A program made the position numbers and the translations under genes. The notes beneath the pieces were generated by a model. It did no database searches and was not told the DNA's origin. It was given only the letters and a program-made list of their open reading frames with translations. From an uncultured Bacteroidota bacterium (GTDB lineage Bacteria > Bacteroidota > Ignavibacteria > UBA10030): DNA of 64,000 nt. Each line of letters opens with the position of its first letter. The first letter of the stretch is position 1. Location of the stretch: the NCBI GenBank assembly GCA_963770945.1, contig CAVYRP010000013.1, forward strand, positions 79,921 to 143,920, given 5' to 3'. Shown here one piece after another: positions 49,199 through 59,483 of the stretch.

Positions 49199-51293
49199 TT
49201 GGTATTACAGGAATCGTTGGAAAACACATTTAGCATCAATGTTTTTAGCGATGCAGTAACAAGAACACGGCTGCCGAAGAATATGTATAAACTTTTAAGA
49301 AAAACTATCGATGAGGGGCTGCCTCTCGATCCGGCAGTCGCCGATATCGTTGCCAATGCAATGAAAGACTGGGCAATTGAAAAAGGGGCGACACATTTTA
49401 CACATTGGTTTCAGCCCATGACCGGAATCACTGCTGAAAAGCATGATTCCTTTATTTCCCCGACTGCGGATGGACGCATCATAATGGAATTTTCCGGCAA
49501 GGAATTGATCAAGGGCGAACCGGATGCTTCCTCCTTTCCATCGGGCGGACTGCGTGCAACATTTGAAGCGCGCGGTTATACGGCATGGGATTGTACCTCT
49601 CCTGCATTCATCAAAGACAATACTTTATGTATTCCTACAGCTTTTTGTTCGTACACAGGCGAAGCACTTGATAAAAAGACTCCTCTTCTGCGTTCAATGG
49701 AAGCTCTTTCAAAACAAGCGGTTCGTATTCTTCGGTTATTAGGAAATACGAAAGTAACCCGAGTTACAACAACGGTCGGACCGGAGCAGGAATATTTTAT
49801 TATTGATAAAAAATTATATGAAAAACGGTTAGATCTTATTCTTACCGGACGTACACTTTTCGGTGCAAAACCACCGAAGGGGCAGGAATTAGAAGATCAT
49901 TACTTCGGAAACTTAAAAGACCGTATCGCAAAATTCATGGCAGAACTTGATCAGGAGCTTTGGAAACTTGGTGTTCTGGCAAAAACAAAACATAACGAAG
50001 TTGCACCGGCTCAGCATGAACTTGCTCCGATCTTTTACAACTACAAATATTGCAACAGACCATAATCAGTTGGTTATGGAAACAATGAAAAAGGTTGCAA
50101 ATCGTCTCGATTTGGTTTGCCTGTTGCATGAGAAACCGTTTGCCGGTGTAAATGGTTCAGGCAAGCACAACAATTGGTCGATGAGTACAAATGATGGACA
50201 GAATCTGCTTGAACCGGGCAAAACACCTCATGATAATGAACAGTTTTTGCTGTTCCTTGCTGCAGTTATTCAGGCGGTAGATGAATATGCGGATGTTTTA
50301 CGTGTTTCCACGGCGAATCCTGGTAATGACCATCGATTAGGTGCTAATGAAGCGCCTCCGGCTATTATTTCAATCTTCCTTGGCGATCAGCTGACAGATA
50401 TATTAGAGCAGATTGAAAATGGAGGAGCCAAATCATCCAAAGGCGGCGGCGAACTGAAACTCGGTGTCATAACCTTGCCGGCGTTACCGAAAGATTCTAC
50501 GGATCGGAATCGAACATCACCGTTCGCGTTTACAGGCAATAAATTCGAATTTCGTATGGTAGGATCTTCAGCATCCATCGCAGAACCTAATACCGCATTG
50601 AATACGATTGTTGCCGATACCTTGTCAAATATCGCAGACCGTTTAGAGAAAGCAAAAGATGTTGATGCCGAAGCGCAGAACATTGTAACTGAAATCGTTA
50701 AAAAACATAAAAGAATCATTTTTAACGGAAATAATTACTCCGAGGATTGGCTGAAGGAAGCTGAAAAACGCGGATTGCCCAATATAAAGTCAATGGTTGC
50801 TGCAATTCCTACGTTGATCAGCGAGAAGACAATCAAGGTGTATGAGAAACAGGGTGTATTGACTAAAGCGGAGATGCATTCTCGTTATGAAATTTTCCTT
50901 GAAGCATATGTCAAAACTATCAACATTGAAGCATTGACTATGCTGGACATGGCGAAGCGTCAGATATTACCTGCCTCCCTTGAATACACAGGAGAAGTTG
51001 CGGCTACTTTATCCTCTCTGAAAACCGTTTCTGCTAAATCAAGCGCTGCGGATAAGTTACTGACAGATCTGACCTCAACTATCGATTCATTCGGCAAAAA
51101 AATCGAAGCACTTGAAGCAACGCTTGCCAAGAACGGCAACAACAATGATGCTTTAAAGCATGCAGAGTATTATCGCGATGTTGTTTTTAAAGCAATGGAA
51201 ACGCTGCGAGTTGATGGCGACAAATTGGAAACAATGGTCGATGCAAAAATATGGCCTCTGCCGACATATGCCGATCTGTTGTTCAGGATCTAA
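49199..51293 (+). CDS. glnN: glutamine synthetase type III, frame broken at least once
   Basis: Contains [68 protein letters not shown] and GSGKHNNWS. An extra t in the tttt run at about 50031..50034 splits it. An SD-preceded ATG at 49183 is out of frame with the TTG at 49199, so a further 5' indel is possible. Confidence 0.9.
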
Positions 51294-51322
51294 TGCAGTC
51301 CTATTGATTCTGCTCAACTTTA

Positions 51323-51361
51323 AAATCCCGCATTTATAATTTGGAGTGCGGGATTTTTTTA
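51323..51361. terminator. bidirectional rho-independent terminator between glnN and the DUF2851 gene
   Basis: The stem joins aaatcccgc (51323..51331) to gcgggattt (51348..51356). A T-run follows on the plus strand, and the opposite strand carries an A-run (T-run in its own sense). Confidence 0.7.
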
Positions 51362-52879
51362 TCATCTGCGAACAGTCATATCAGCAGCGCTCTGACCGAA
51401 CTCACACTCCGCACATTTCCCTTCCAAACAGTAATATTTGTAGAGTTGAATTATCGCCTGTTGATGGCTTACATGTTCTTGCGGATACCGTCCTTTCAGT
51501 AATTGCTTCTCAATGATCCGGGTGATTGAATTGTCTTCAGAAGCCGGAAGATCTCTATACAAATGAAGAGTGCATTCGCGAAGATTCGTTTCTTTAAAGA
51601 CACGCGCATATAAAAGCGTTATCGGAAGAACGGCATTAATAATGATTTCTCGAATACGCATGGTTCCGAGTGCTGTAACATTTTTCGGCGCCGCTTCATC
51701 AAAATTATAATGATGTTTCCAGAAATCGTTTGTTTCAATACTGAACAGTTGTATAAGTTTATGTTCCTTTTCTCCATCCGGGCTATCGGATTTTATTGTT
51801 TGTATGATGTTTCGGAAAAGATCGCTAAATATGAACTTATTAATTAGCGCGTAAGCTGCGGCAATTCGGAGAGTTGGAAAATTCGATGGCCGGGTCGGAA
51901 AGAATTGCCAATCTGCAAAGTGAAGAATTTCTGAGTGGAAAGAGGGTTTCCGCGCCTTCCATTCATGCGCAAGCCGCCGCACATAATCGCGTGATTCTTT
52001 ATGCTTAAGAGAATTGAGTTTGGGAATTAAACCTGCAGCTCCAAAGAGTAATGCCTTTAGTCCAAATCCTTCATTCTCCGTCCCCATATCTCTAATCGCC
52101 TTTAATGTGACGGTCTGTGCCAGACGGACAAATGCTTCACGATTTTTACTATACCCGAGTGCCTCCATGATTCCTTCATATAGCACTTGTTCCCAAAGTT
52201 CCTTTTGGGCAAAGTCTTTCAGTGTTAACTCAGGCAGCGGCGGCGGAATTTCATTATGTTCACCTTCCAGGGGCGGCTCACCATATGGACGCTGCCGCTC
52301 ATACACTATCATCCGCTTTTCATATGCAAGCTGTTTCAACCGCTCCTCAAACCGGCGCAGCTTTAATTCCAGCCGTTCAACTGCGAGTTTCGAAAGCCAG
52401 CGATCTATCGATTCATTTGAGATTACATCATTCCTGTGATAGCAGCGAATAGTTGCTGATTTTTTAACACGTTCATCAAGAATCGCTTTTTGCCAGATTG
52501 TATGAATGGATTCGGACAGAAAATTACCCAGAATAAGAGAGGGGATTTCGCGTCCGCTTTTTACAAGTGTAGGTAGAAATCTATTTCCCGATTCAAGAAC
52601 AACATGGAGAATAACTTTGTTGTAATGCGGATCTTCCTGATGCTGATGCTGAAACCAATCGAATATTGTACGATGAATCTCGATATCGCCCGCGTAGGTA
52701 ACACCTCCTATTTTCACTCTTGCATTTAAAAAATCGGGGCCGCTGTCGGAATTAAGCTGACCGACATCAATCACTTTCAATGTTTTGCCGTCCGCCGTCT
52801 GCAGCGGGGTTTTAAGATATTGTTTACTCCAGATATGACGAAGAAACCGTTCGTGGATATTCCATGCATGGCGTTTCAT
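51362..52879 (-). CDS. DUF2851-like protein
   Basis: The N-terminus ERFLRHIWSKQYL...LKVIDVGQLNSDSGPDFLNARVKIGGVTYAGDIEIH matches my memory of the DUF2851 family. It ends with a CxxC pair. Confidence 0.55.
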   Translation of the reverse strand: MKRHAWNIHERFLRHIWSKQYLKTPLQTADGKTLKVIDVGQLNSDSGPDFLNARVKIGGVTYAGDIEIHRTIFDWFQHQHQEDPHYNKVILHVVLESGNRFLPTLVKSGREIPSLILGNFLSESIHTIWQKAILDERVKKSATIRCYHRNDVISNESIDRWLSKLAVERLELKLRRFEERLKQLAYEKRMIVYERQRPYGEPPLEGEHNEIPPPLPELTLKDFAQKELWEQVLYEGIMEALGYSKNREAFVRLAQTVTLKAIRDMGTENEGFGLKALLFGAAGLIPKLNSLKHKESRDYVRRLAHEWKARKPSFHSEILHFADWQFFPTRPSNFPTLRIAAAYALINKFIFSDLFRNIIQTIKSDSPDGEKEHKLIQLFSIETNDFWKHHYNFDEAAPKNVTALGTMRIREIIINAVLPITLLYARVFKETNLRECTLHLYRDLPASEDNSITRIIEKQLLKGRYPQEHVSHQQAIIQLYKYYCLEGKCAECEFGQSAADMTVRR

Positions 52880-52926
52880 ACATTCTCCCGATTGTAGTTG
52901 ATAATTGGCGCGTTTTAAATTTTCTT

Positions 52927-53730
52927 TTACATGTTTCTCATTTCTTTTAACATCTTTTTCGCTTCCGTTCGGGCCGCTTCTGCAAAGTCTTTTCCTGATG
53001 ATGCGTAAATAATGCTGCGGCTTGCATTTATAATGGCGAGCTGTCCGTTTTTATCGCAGCCGTCGCGCACTGCCGACTTCAAATCACCGCCCTGTTTTCC
53101 TATACCGGGAATAAGCAGCGGCATATCCGGGACAATCTTGCGAATCATTTTAAGCTCGCGCGGATGTGTTGCACCGACAACAAGGCCGATGTTTCCGTTT
53201 GTATTCCATTTTTTTGCTGCTCGCACAACTTTTTCATAGAGCGGTTTACCATTTATCTTGAGCCGTTGAAAATCTTTTGATCCGGGATTAGAAGTCAGGG
53301 CAAGCAGGAAAACCCCTTTTTCCGGATTCTTTAAAAATGGCTCGACGGAATCAAAACCCATATAGGGATTGACCGTAATCGAATCAAAACCGAAATCATC
53401 AAAGAGTGATTTCGCATACCGTTCAGCCGTGTTGCCGATGTCGCCGCGCTTGCCGTCTCCGATGGTAAGAACGGATTCAGGAATGAGCTTCAATGTCTCT
53501 CGTAGTGCGGTCAGGCCTTGTTCTCCCATTGCTTCATAAAAAGCAAGGTTCGGTTTGTATGCGCAAACCAAATCGCTTGTTGCTTCAATGATTTTCCGGT
53601 TGAATTCCAGAACAGGATTTGCCGATGACCTTAAATATTCGGGAATTCTTTCCAGATCAACATCCAAGCCAACACAAAGAAGAGAGTTTTGTTTGATCTG
53701 AATTTCCCGAAGACGTTGTGTAAATGTCAT
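52927..53730 (-). CDS. pyrF: orotidine-5'-phosphate decarboxylase
   Basis: Contains LCVGLDV, DGKRGDIGNT and the GxxR-type C-terminal motifs of the long PyrF form. Confidence 0.85.
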   Translation of the reverse strand: MTFTQRLREIQIKQNSLLCVGLDVDLERIPEYLRSSANPVLEFNRKIIEATSDLVCAYKPNLAFYEAMGEQGLTALRETLKLIPESVLTIGDGKRGDIGNTAERYAKSLFDDFGFDSITVNPYMGFDSVEPFLKNPEKGVFLLALTSNPGSKDFQRLKINGKPLYEKVVRAAKKWNTNGNIGLVVGATHPRELKMIRKIVPDMPLLIPGIGKQGGDLKSAVRDGCDKNGQLAIINASRSIIYASSGKDFAEAARTEAKKMLKEMRNM

Positions 53731-53735
53731 TTCAC

Positions 53736-54122
53736 CTATCCTTTAATGAACATTGAATATACAATTTCACCTGTCAAAAGTATGAGCACGACAGCAGAAA
53801 CAAGAACAAATCGCCAATCACGCTCTGCTCCGAATCCGATTACAGCAGTGATAACTCGAAATACCGGTGTGAACATTAGAAAGACAAGCCCTGCAAACAT
53901 CATCGTAACCGGATCGAATGAACCGGAGAGCATCTGCATCGCCAGGCCGCCGAGCGTTGGATTGCTGGAATATTCTATTATTGTTGAAGGAAATATTTTT
54001 CCGATAAGCAGTCCTGCTATCATAAGACTTGCACTGATCCAAACACCAATCCTAAGTACACGGCTTGTCCATCGTTCCGTATCGTGCTTGATATTATTCG
54101 ATATAGAGTTGAAATCCGGCAT
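53736..54122 (-). CDS. DUF1634 membrane protein
   Basis: 128 aa with 3-4 TM helices. It sits in the position typical of this family, directly downstream of a TauE/SafE gene. Confidence 0.6.
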   Translation of the reverse strand: MPDFNSISNNIKHDTERWTSRVLRIGVWISASLMIAGLLIGKIFPSTIIEYSSNPTLGGLAMQMLSGSFDPVTMMFAGLVFLMFTPVFRVITAVIGFGAERDWRFVLVSAVVLILLTGEIVYSMFIKG

Positions 54123-54126
54123 AGAT

Positions 54127-54939
54127 TTATCGCAAAAATAGTTGAATTGATATACCTAATAAAACGAAAGCAAAAATCCATGTCAATACTTTGCTCTTAA
54201 TTTTACGGCTTATATACACCCCGGTCATCGAGCCGGCAAGTACGCCAAGAGCAGCTATCGATGAAATAAAAGGATTCAAATGTCCGTGTGCAAAGTAAAT
54301 GAATGCACTTGCTGCAGCAGTTACGCCGATCATAAAATTACTCGTTGCGGTCGCCGCCTTCATTGGAATTCCGGAAAGTATATGCATAGCCGGTACTTTA
54401 AAAATACCGCCGCCGACTCCAAGTAATCCGGAAATATTACCGGCAACAATCGATATTATCATTGCGGCAGGTAATTTCTTTACAGTATAATGCACAATTT
54501 TTCCGTTTGTATCGTCATAGAATGAACCCGGAAGAATGCCGTCGGTATAGATCGGTTCTTGAGCAGAATGCTGCCGTGCCCGTAAAATCATTGCAATTGC
54601 AGTTAGAAACAATAATCCGGAAAAAAGTTTCGCCAAAATACCGGCGCTTAAATAATTTGCTGTAATTCCGCCTAAAATAGCGCCTGTTACTGTGGCAATT
54701 TCCAGCAACATTCCAAGTCGTATATGGACAGTACGGCGTTCAAGGTTCATAGCTGCACCCGCACTCGATGTGGCAATAACCGCAATAATGCTTGTTGCTA
54801 TCGCTTGATGCACCGGGACATCGAAAACCATCACAAGAAACGGAATTAGCAGCGCTCCGCCGCCAAGTCCAAGCATTGCGCCAAATGTGCCCGCTACAAA
54901 ACCGCCGAGCAGGAGTAAAACAAATGAATTTATCGGCAC
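54127..54939 (-). CDS. TauE/SafE family sulfite/anion exporter
   Basis: 270 aa with about 8 TM helices and repeated GxGGG motifs (GLGGGALLIPFL, GVGGGIFKVPAM). Confidence 0.82.
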   Translation of the reverse strand: MPINSFVLLLLGGFVAGTFGAMLGLGGGALLIPFLVMVFDVPVHQAIATSIIAVIATSSAGAAMNLERRTVHIRLGMLLEIATVTGAILGGITANYLSAGILAKLFSGLLFLTAIAMILRARQHSAQEPIYTDGILPGSFYDDTNGKIVHYTVKKLPAAMIISIVAGNISGLLGVGGGIFKVPAMHILSGIPMKAATATSNFMIGVTAAASAFIYFAHGHLNPFISSIAALGVLAGSMTGVYISRKIKSKVLTWIFAFVLLGISIQLFLR

Positions 54940-55171
54940 GAGAAGTTCCGTATGGAAACAGTGTTTCTTTATTCTTCGATGATACGAAAAAGAGGTAAGA
55001 GTTTCAAATGATGCAGCGTCCGTTCTTTAGCTAAGTGCATGAGATAAAATCAATGGAAAGAAATATGTTTTTTTCGTATTTATGGAGTTCATTTCTAAAA
55101 AAGAATTCTTATTTTAATCGCAAGACTAAATGCTTTTTTGAAGACTAGCCCGTAAACAAAAGGATAGAACG

Positions 55172-56095
55172 ATGATAAACTCGATTTGAAATCACCAATG
55201 GACGTATTGTTCCATCGGAACAGGAACAGAGCTCTATTCTTGTATTCACGAATCCGGATGAAAATGAAAAAAAATTTCTTATAGAAGAACTAAAAATTGA
55301 TGAACACACACTTGCATCTGCGCTTGATCCGGATGAATTATCGCGTCTTGAGTTCGAACCCAATCATGTGGCAATAATTTTTAAACGCCCAAGAAATTAT
55401 TCCGGGAAAGATAAACTGCTGTTTAAGGTCTCTTCATGCGGCGCATTTTTGTTTCAAAAACCGCCTTGTTCTTGTTCAAACAGAAGATATTCCGTTGTTC
55501 GACGGCAAACAGTTTACCAACGTTCAAACACTGAATGAAGCAGTGCTGAAACTTCTCTATCGCAGCATCTTCCATTTCCTGGAACATCTCAAAGTCATTA
55601 CCATGATCACGGATGACTTGGAACGCAAGATTAATAAAGCGATGGAGAATAAATTTCTTCTCAATCTTTTCACACTCGAAAAAAGCTTGGTGTATTATCT
55701 CAACTCAATTAATTCGAACGGCGGATTGATCGAACGATTGAAGAACAATTCTGCAAAGCTTGGATTTACGACCGGAGAAATTGAACTGCTGGACGATCTC
55801 ATCATCGAAAATAATCAATGCTACCGCCAATCCGAAATCCATTCCAATATTCTTGCAAGTCTTATGGATGCACGTGCATCAATCGTTGGAAATAATTTAA
55901 ACGTACTGATGAAGACGCTCAATATTATTATGCTGGGAATTATGGTGCCGACACTGGTCGTCAGCATTTTCTCGATGAATGTACCAATTCCGGGTCAGGA
56001 ACATCCGCATCTCATTCTGGCTGATTCTTCTCCTCGCACTTGCTTCTGTCGGCGGGATTACATTGGTTTGGAAAAGAAAGAGGATGGTAATATGA
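55172..56095 (+). CDS. corA: CorA-family Mg2+/Co2+ transporter, frame broken three times
   Basis: Read across frames it gives MINSI/EITNGRIVP...DEHTLASALDPDELSRLEFEPNH.../NRLVLVQTEDIPLFDGK...MKTLNIIMLGIMVPTLVVSIFSMNVPIPG.../FWLILLLALASVGGITLVWKRK. SMN replaces the usual GMN. The breaks are in ttt at about 55185-87, in the A5 run at 55456..55460, and at about 56012. All are net +1. Confidence 0.75.
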
Positions 56096-56855
56096 AACAA
56101 TGGTACGAAATATTATTTCGAGAATTATGCCCGCACGTACGACAAGGAATCATTTACACAGGGAACATTTCAAGAAGTCGACTTTATCGAGCAGGAAATC
56201 GGATTCGATAAATCAAAACGTATTCTCGATATCGGGTGCGGCACTGGCCGTCATACCATCGAACTGGCAAAACGCGGCTATTCAAGTAACCGGAATCGAT
56301 TTTTCTGAATCTCAATTAAAACGTGCGCATGAAAAAGCATCGGAAGCCGGAGTTGATATCAAATTTGAGCAGGTTGATGCCCGCTCGCTAGAAGTTTAAG
56401 AATGAATTTGATGTTGCATTGATCCTCTGTGAGGGCGGATTTGCATTGATGGAAACCGACGAGATGAATTTTGCTATTCTGCAGGGAGCAGCAAATGCGT
56501 TGAAATCGCACGGAACGTTTATTTTGACTACACTCAATGCTTTATATCCTTTAACACATTCTCTTGAAGAATTCATGAACACGAATACGGTCGAAGGAAC
56601 AAGCAGCGGGCATGCATTTGATATCATGACACTTGCGGGACAAATCGATCTTCAAAGTTGCGGATGATGACGGCAATGAGACGGACACTTCACTGTAACG
56701 AACGCTATTACCTGCCTTCAGAAATTACTTGGATGCTCAAGTCACTTCATTTTTCCAAAATTGAAATTTTCGGATGTCAGGTAGGAAATTTTAACCGCAC
56801 TATGCCGCTGACTCCAAACGATTTTGAAATGCTTGTTGTTGCAACAATGGCTTAA
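56092..56855 (+). CDS. class I SAM-dependent methyltransferase, frame broken five times
   Basis: Has an ATGA overlap with the corA stop. Contains ILDIGCGTGRHTIELAKRGY (motif I), VTGIDFSESQL and FDVALILCEGGF. The breaks are near 56119, 56285, 56394, 56635 and 56690. All are net +1. Confidence 0.7.
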
Positions 56856-56883
56856 AAGAAATTTATAAAAATACAAAAATCCT

Positions 56884-58186
56884 ATGGCTTTTGAAGTAGT
56901 AAATTTTTCTTATCTCAGCGAATTCATTCATTTACCGGTTGTCCGGATTGGCGACAATAGACAGATCGGAAGGCTGGTTGATCTGGCAGCAACAACATCC
57001 CAAGTCTATCCTCGCATTACAGGATTAATAGTACAAACACATCGCACCAAACCGCCAGTATATATCCCTTGGAGCAATGTTAAACGAATGCTGTTAAAAG
57101 ATCATATTGCTATCGACGAACCCACGATAAGTCAAGAGCACCAAAGAAAAGCATCGGAGAACGAGATTCTTATCGGTAAAACATTTCTCGACAAGCAAAT
57201 CATTTCGACATCAGGATATAAAATCGTCCGGGTAAATGATCTTCAATTGCTGATTGAAGACAAAGCAAAAGAAAGTACAAACCTGTGGGTAGTCCATATA
57301 GATATTGGGTTTAAAGGAATTCTACGGCGTCTCGGATTCCTGCGTCCGGTTAATGCCGCATTTCGCTGGGTAACCGACCGGGATCTCAAAGATGAGTTTG
57401 TTTCGTGGAAGTATGTACAGCCAACGGCTACCACGTCAGTATATAAATCGGTTCAACTGAAGACCGATGCATCGAAATTATCTGAAATCCACCCTGCAGA
57501 CCTCGCTGATATTCTTGAAGATCTACGGTACCGATGAACGCATCGCTCTGATTGAATCTCTCGACCATTTTACCGCAGCCCAAACGCTTCAAGAAATGCA
57601 GTTCAAGAATCGCCTTCAAATTGTTGAATCGATGGAGCCATTTAAACTAGCGCCCATTATTAATGAAATGCAAATGGACGAAGCGGTTGACCTTCTTGAT
57701 GCCTGTGATATACAAAAACGACAGTCAGTCTATGCCATTCTTCCAGCAGAAAAAGTGATTGAGTTAAAAGAACTTTCTAAACTTTCTGCGTATAGCGTCG
57801 GCAGTATTATGAATACGGACTTCATAACTGCCAGGACAACCGAAATGGTAGGTAAGGTACTGGAACGCATTCGCGTAGAATGTGAAAAGACTGAAGTATA
57901 TCGATATGCATATATAATCGATGATGATGGGCGGCTCAAAGGTGTGGTCAGCTTGCGCAATCTTATGATGAGTGAAGAAAAAATGCTTATTGCCGATATT
58001 ATGACGGAACAGCCGATATCAGTGCAAATTGATACGCGCATCCGGCGTGTTGCGAAGTTTTTTTTCAAATACAACTTTGAAGCGATCCCTGTTGTGGATG
58101 AGGATGACACACTTCAGGGATTGGTTTCATATCGCGATGCCGTAGCTTCATTATATCCGGAAATAAAAGAAGAGGATACTGTATAA
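56884..58186 (+). CDS. soluble PRC-barrel-like + MgtE_N + CBS-pair protein (no transmembrane domain), frame broken once
   Basis: Contains HPADLADILEDL/GTDERIALIESLD...EMQMDEAVDLLD (the MgtE intracellular N domain), then two CBS motifs (VGSIMNTDFITA..., IADIMTEQPISV...IPVVDEDDTLQGLVS). The break is at about 57526 (net +1). Its stop is 1 nt before the next gene. Confidence 0.8.
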
Positions 58187-58187
58187 T

Positions 58188-59444
58188 ATGAACTTCTTCC
58201 GAAAACTCAAAGATAATCATGCTCTGCGTCAACTCGCAATCTTTTTAAGCATTTTGGGTCCTGGAATTGTTACCGGCAGTGTGGATAATGATGCAGGCGG
58301 AATTACGACTTACTCGGTAGCCGGTGCACTATATGGTTACAATCTGCTATGGACGTTGATTCCATCATTCATCGCGCTTTTAGCGGTTCAGGAAATGAAC
58401 GCCCGCATGGGAATCGTTACCGGCAAGGGCTTAGCTGATCTGATACGCGAAAGGTTTGGCGTTCGCATTACCTTTTACATGTTCATATTTCTCTTAATCG
58501 CCGATGTGGGCAACACAGCAACCGAGTTTGCAGGTGTTGCAGGAAGTCTGAATATTTTCGGTGTGAGCAAGTATATATCCGTACCGCTTGCCGCTTTGGC
58601 GGTATGGGTGCTTGTGCTAAAAGGAAACTACAAATTTGCCGAGAGAGTGTTTTTACTTTTCAGCGTGTTCCTGCTTTCCTACGTTGTCTCTGCTGTTCTT
58701 GCCGGACCCGATTGGAAAGTTATCGGCAAAGCAATTATTGCTCCAACCATTCATTATGACACCGAATACATCACCACCGTTCTTGGTATCATTGGTACGA
58801 CTGTCGCGCCATGGATGCAATTCTATATGCAATCGGCAGTGATTGAAAAAAAATTAAAGATCAGTGATTATAAATACACATTATGGGATGTCGTTCTTGG
58901 ATGCATTGCGACGGTTGTTGTTGCCTTCTTTATTATTGTTGCATGCGCCGCAACATTGCATGTAAACGGCATCAAAATCAATGAAGCCGCTGATGCTGCG
59001 ATGGCGTTACAGCCGTTAGCCGGTGCTTTAGCTGGACAGCTTTTCGCATTCGGATTATTTGTCGCTTCCATATTTTCTGCTGCTATTCTTCCGCTTGCAA
59101 CGGCATTCTATGTCTGCGAAGCGTTTGGGTTTGAAGCCGGCATTGATAAAAAATTCAGCGAAGCACCGCAGTTCTATTTCCTGTTCACAATAATTATCCT
59201 CATCGGTGCAGGTATTATTCTCATTCCCGGCGCACCTCTTATTGCTATCACAATCTGGACTCAAGTAATCAATGCAATTTTGCTTCCTGTGGTTCTCATT
59301 TGTATGATGGTCATTATTAACAATAAAGAGATTATGGAGGATTATACCAATAACCGCCTGCAGAATATAATTGGATGGACAACAACCGCAATATTGATTA
59401 TGCTCAGTGCATTCCTCTTATTTTCAGGAGTCGGGTTAGGATAA
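58188..59444 (+). CDS. Nramp-family transporter with the Nramp-related Mg2+ transporter (NRMT) metal-site signature
   Basis: 418 aa with about 11 TM helices. The TM1 motif is D35-A-G-G38 (58290..58301) instead of DPGN. The TM6 motif is G-T207-T-V-A210-P-W (58803..58823) instead of GA..MPH. Confidence 0.8.
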   Translation: MNFFRKLKDNHALRQLAIFLSILGPGIVTGSVDNDAGGITTYSVAGALYGYNLLWTLIPSFIALLAVQEMNARMGIVTGKGLADLIRERFGVRITFYMFIFLLIADVGNTATEFAGVAGSLNIFGVSKYISVPLAALAVWVLVLKGNYKFAERVFLLFSVFLLSYVVSAVLAGPDWKVIGKAIIAPTIHYDTEYITTVLGIIGTTVAPWMQFYMQSAVIEKKLKISDYKYTLWDVVLGCIATVVVAFFIIVACAATLHVNGIKINEAADAAMALQPLAGALAGQLFAFGLFVASIFSAAILPLATAFYVCEAFGFEAGIDKKFSEAPQFYFLFTIIILIGAGIILIPGAPLIAITIWTQVINAILLPVVLICMMVIINNKEIMEDYTNNRLQNIIGWTTTAILIMLSAFLLFSGVGLG

Positions 59445-59483
59445 AATATAAAACTTCACTACTTATTATTTCAAAGGTCAACC

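Noticed and set aside
54940-55171. An M-box (Mg2+) riboswitch upstream of corA, or upstream of the MgtE_N/NRMT operon (56856..56883).
   Set aside because: I could not recognise the conserved M-box core segments by eye, and the second spacer is only 28 nt. This is a weak negative, and a covariance-model scan would be decisive.
55145-55363. The 72-aa minus-strand ORF in the track.
   Set aside because: It is antisense to the N-terminal region of the frame-broken corA gene, whose plus-strand reading (EITNGRIVPSEQEQSSILVFTNPDENEKKFLIEELKIDEHTLASALDPDE) is clearly CorA-like.
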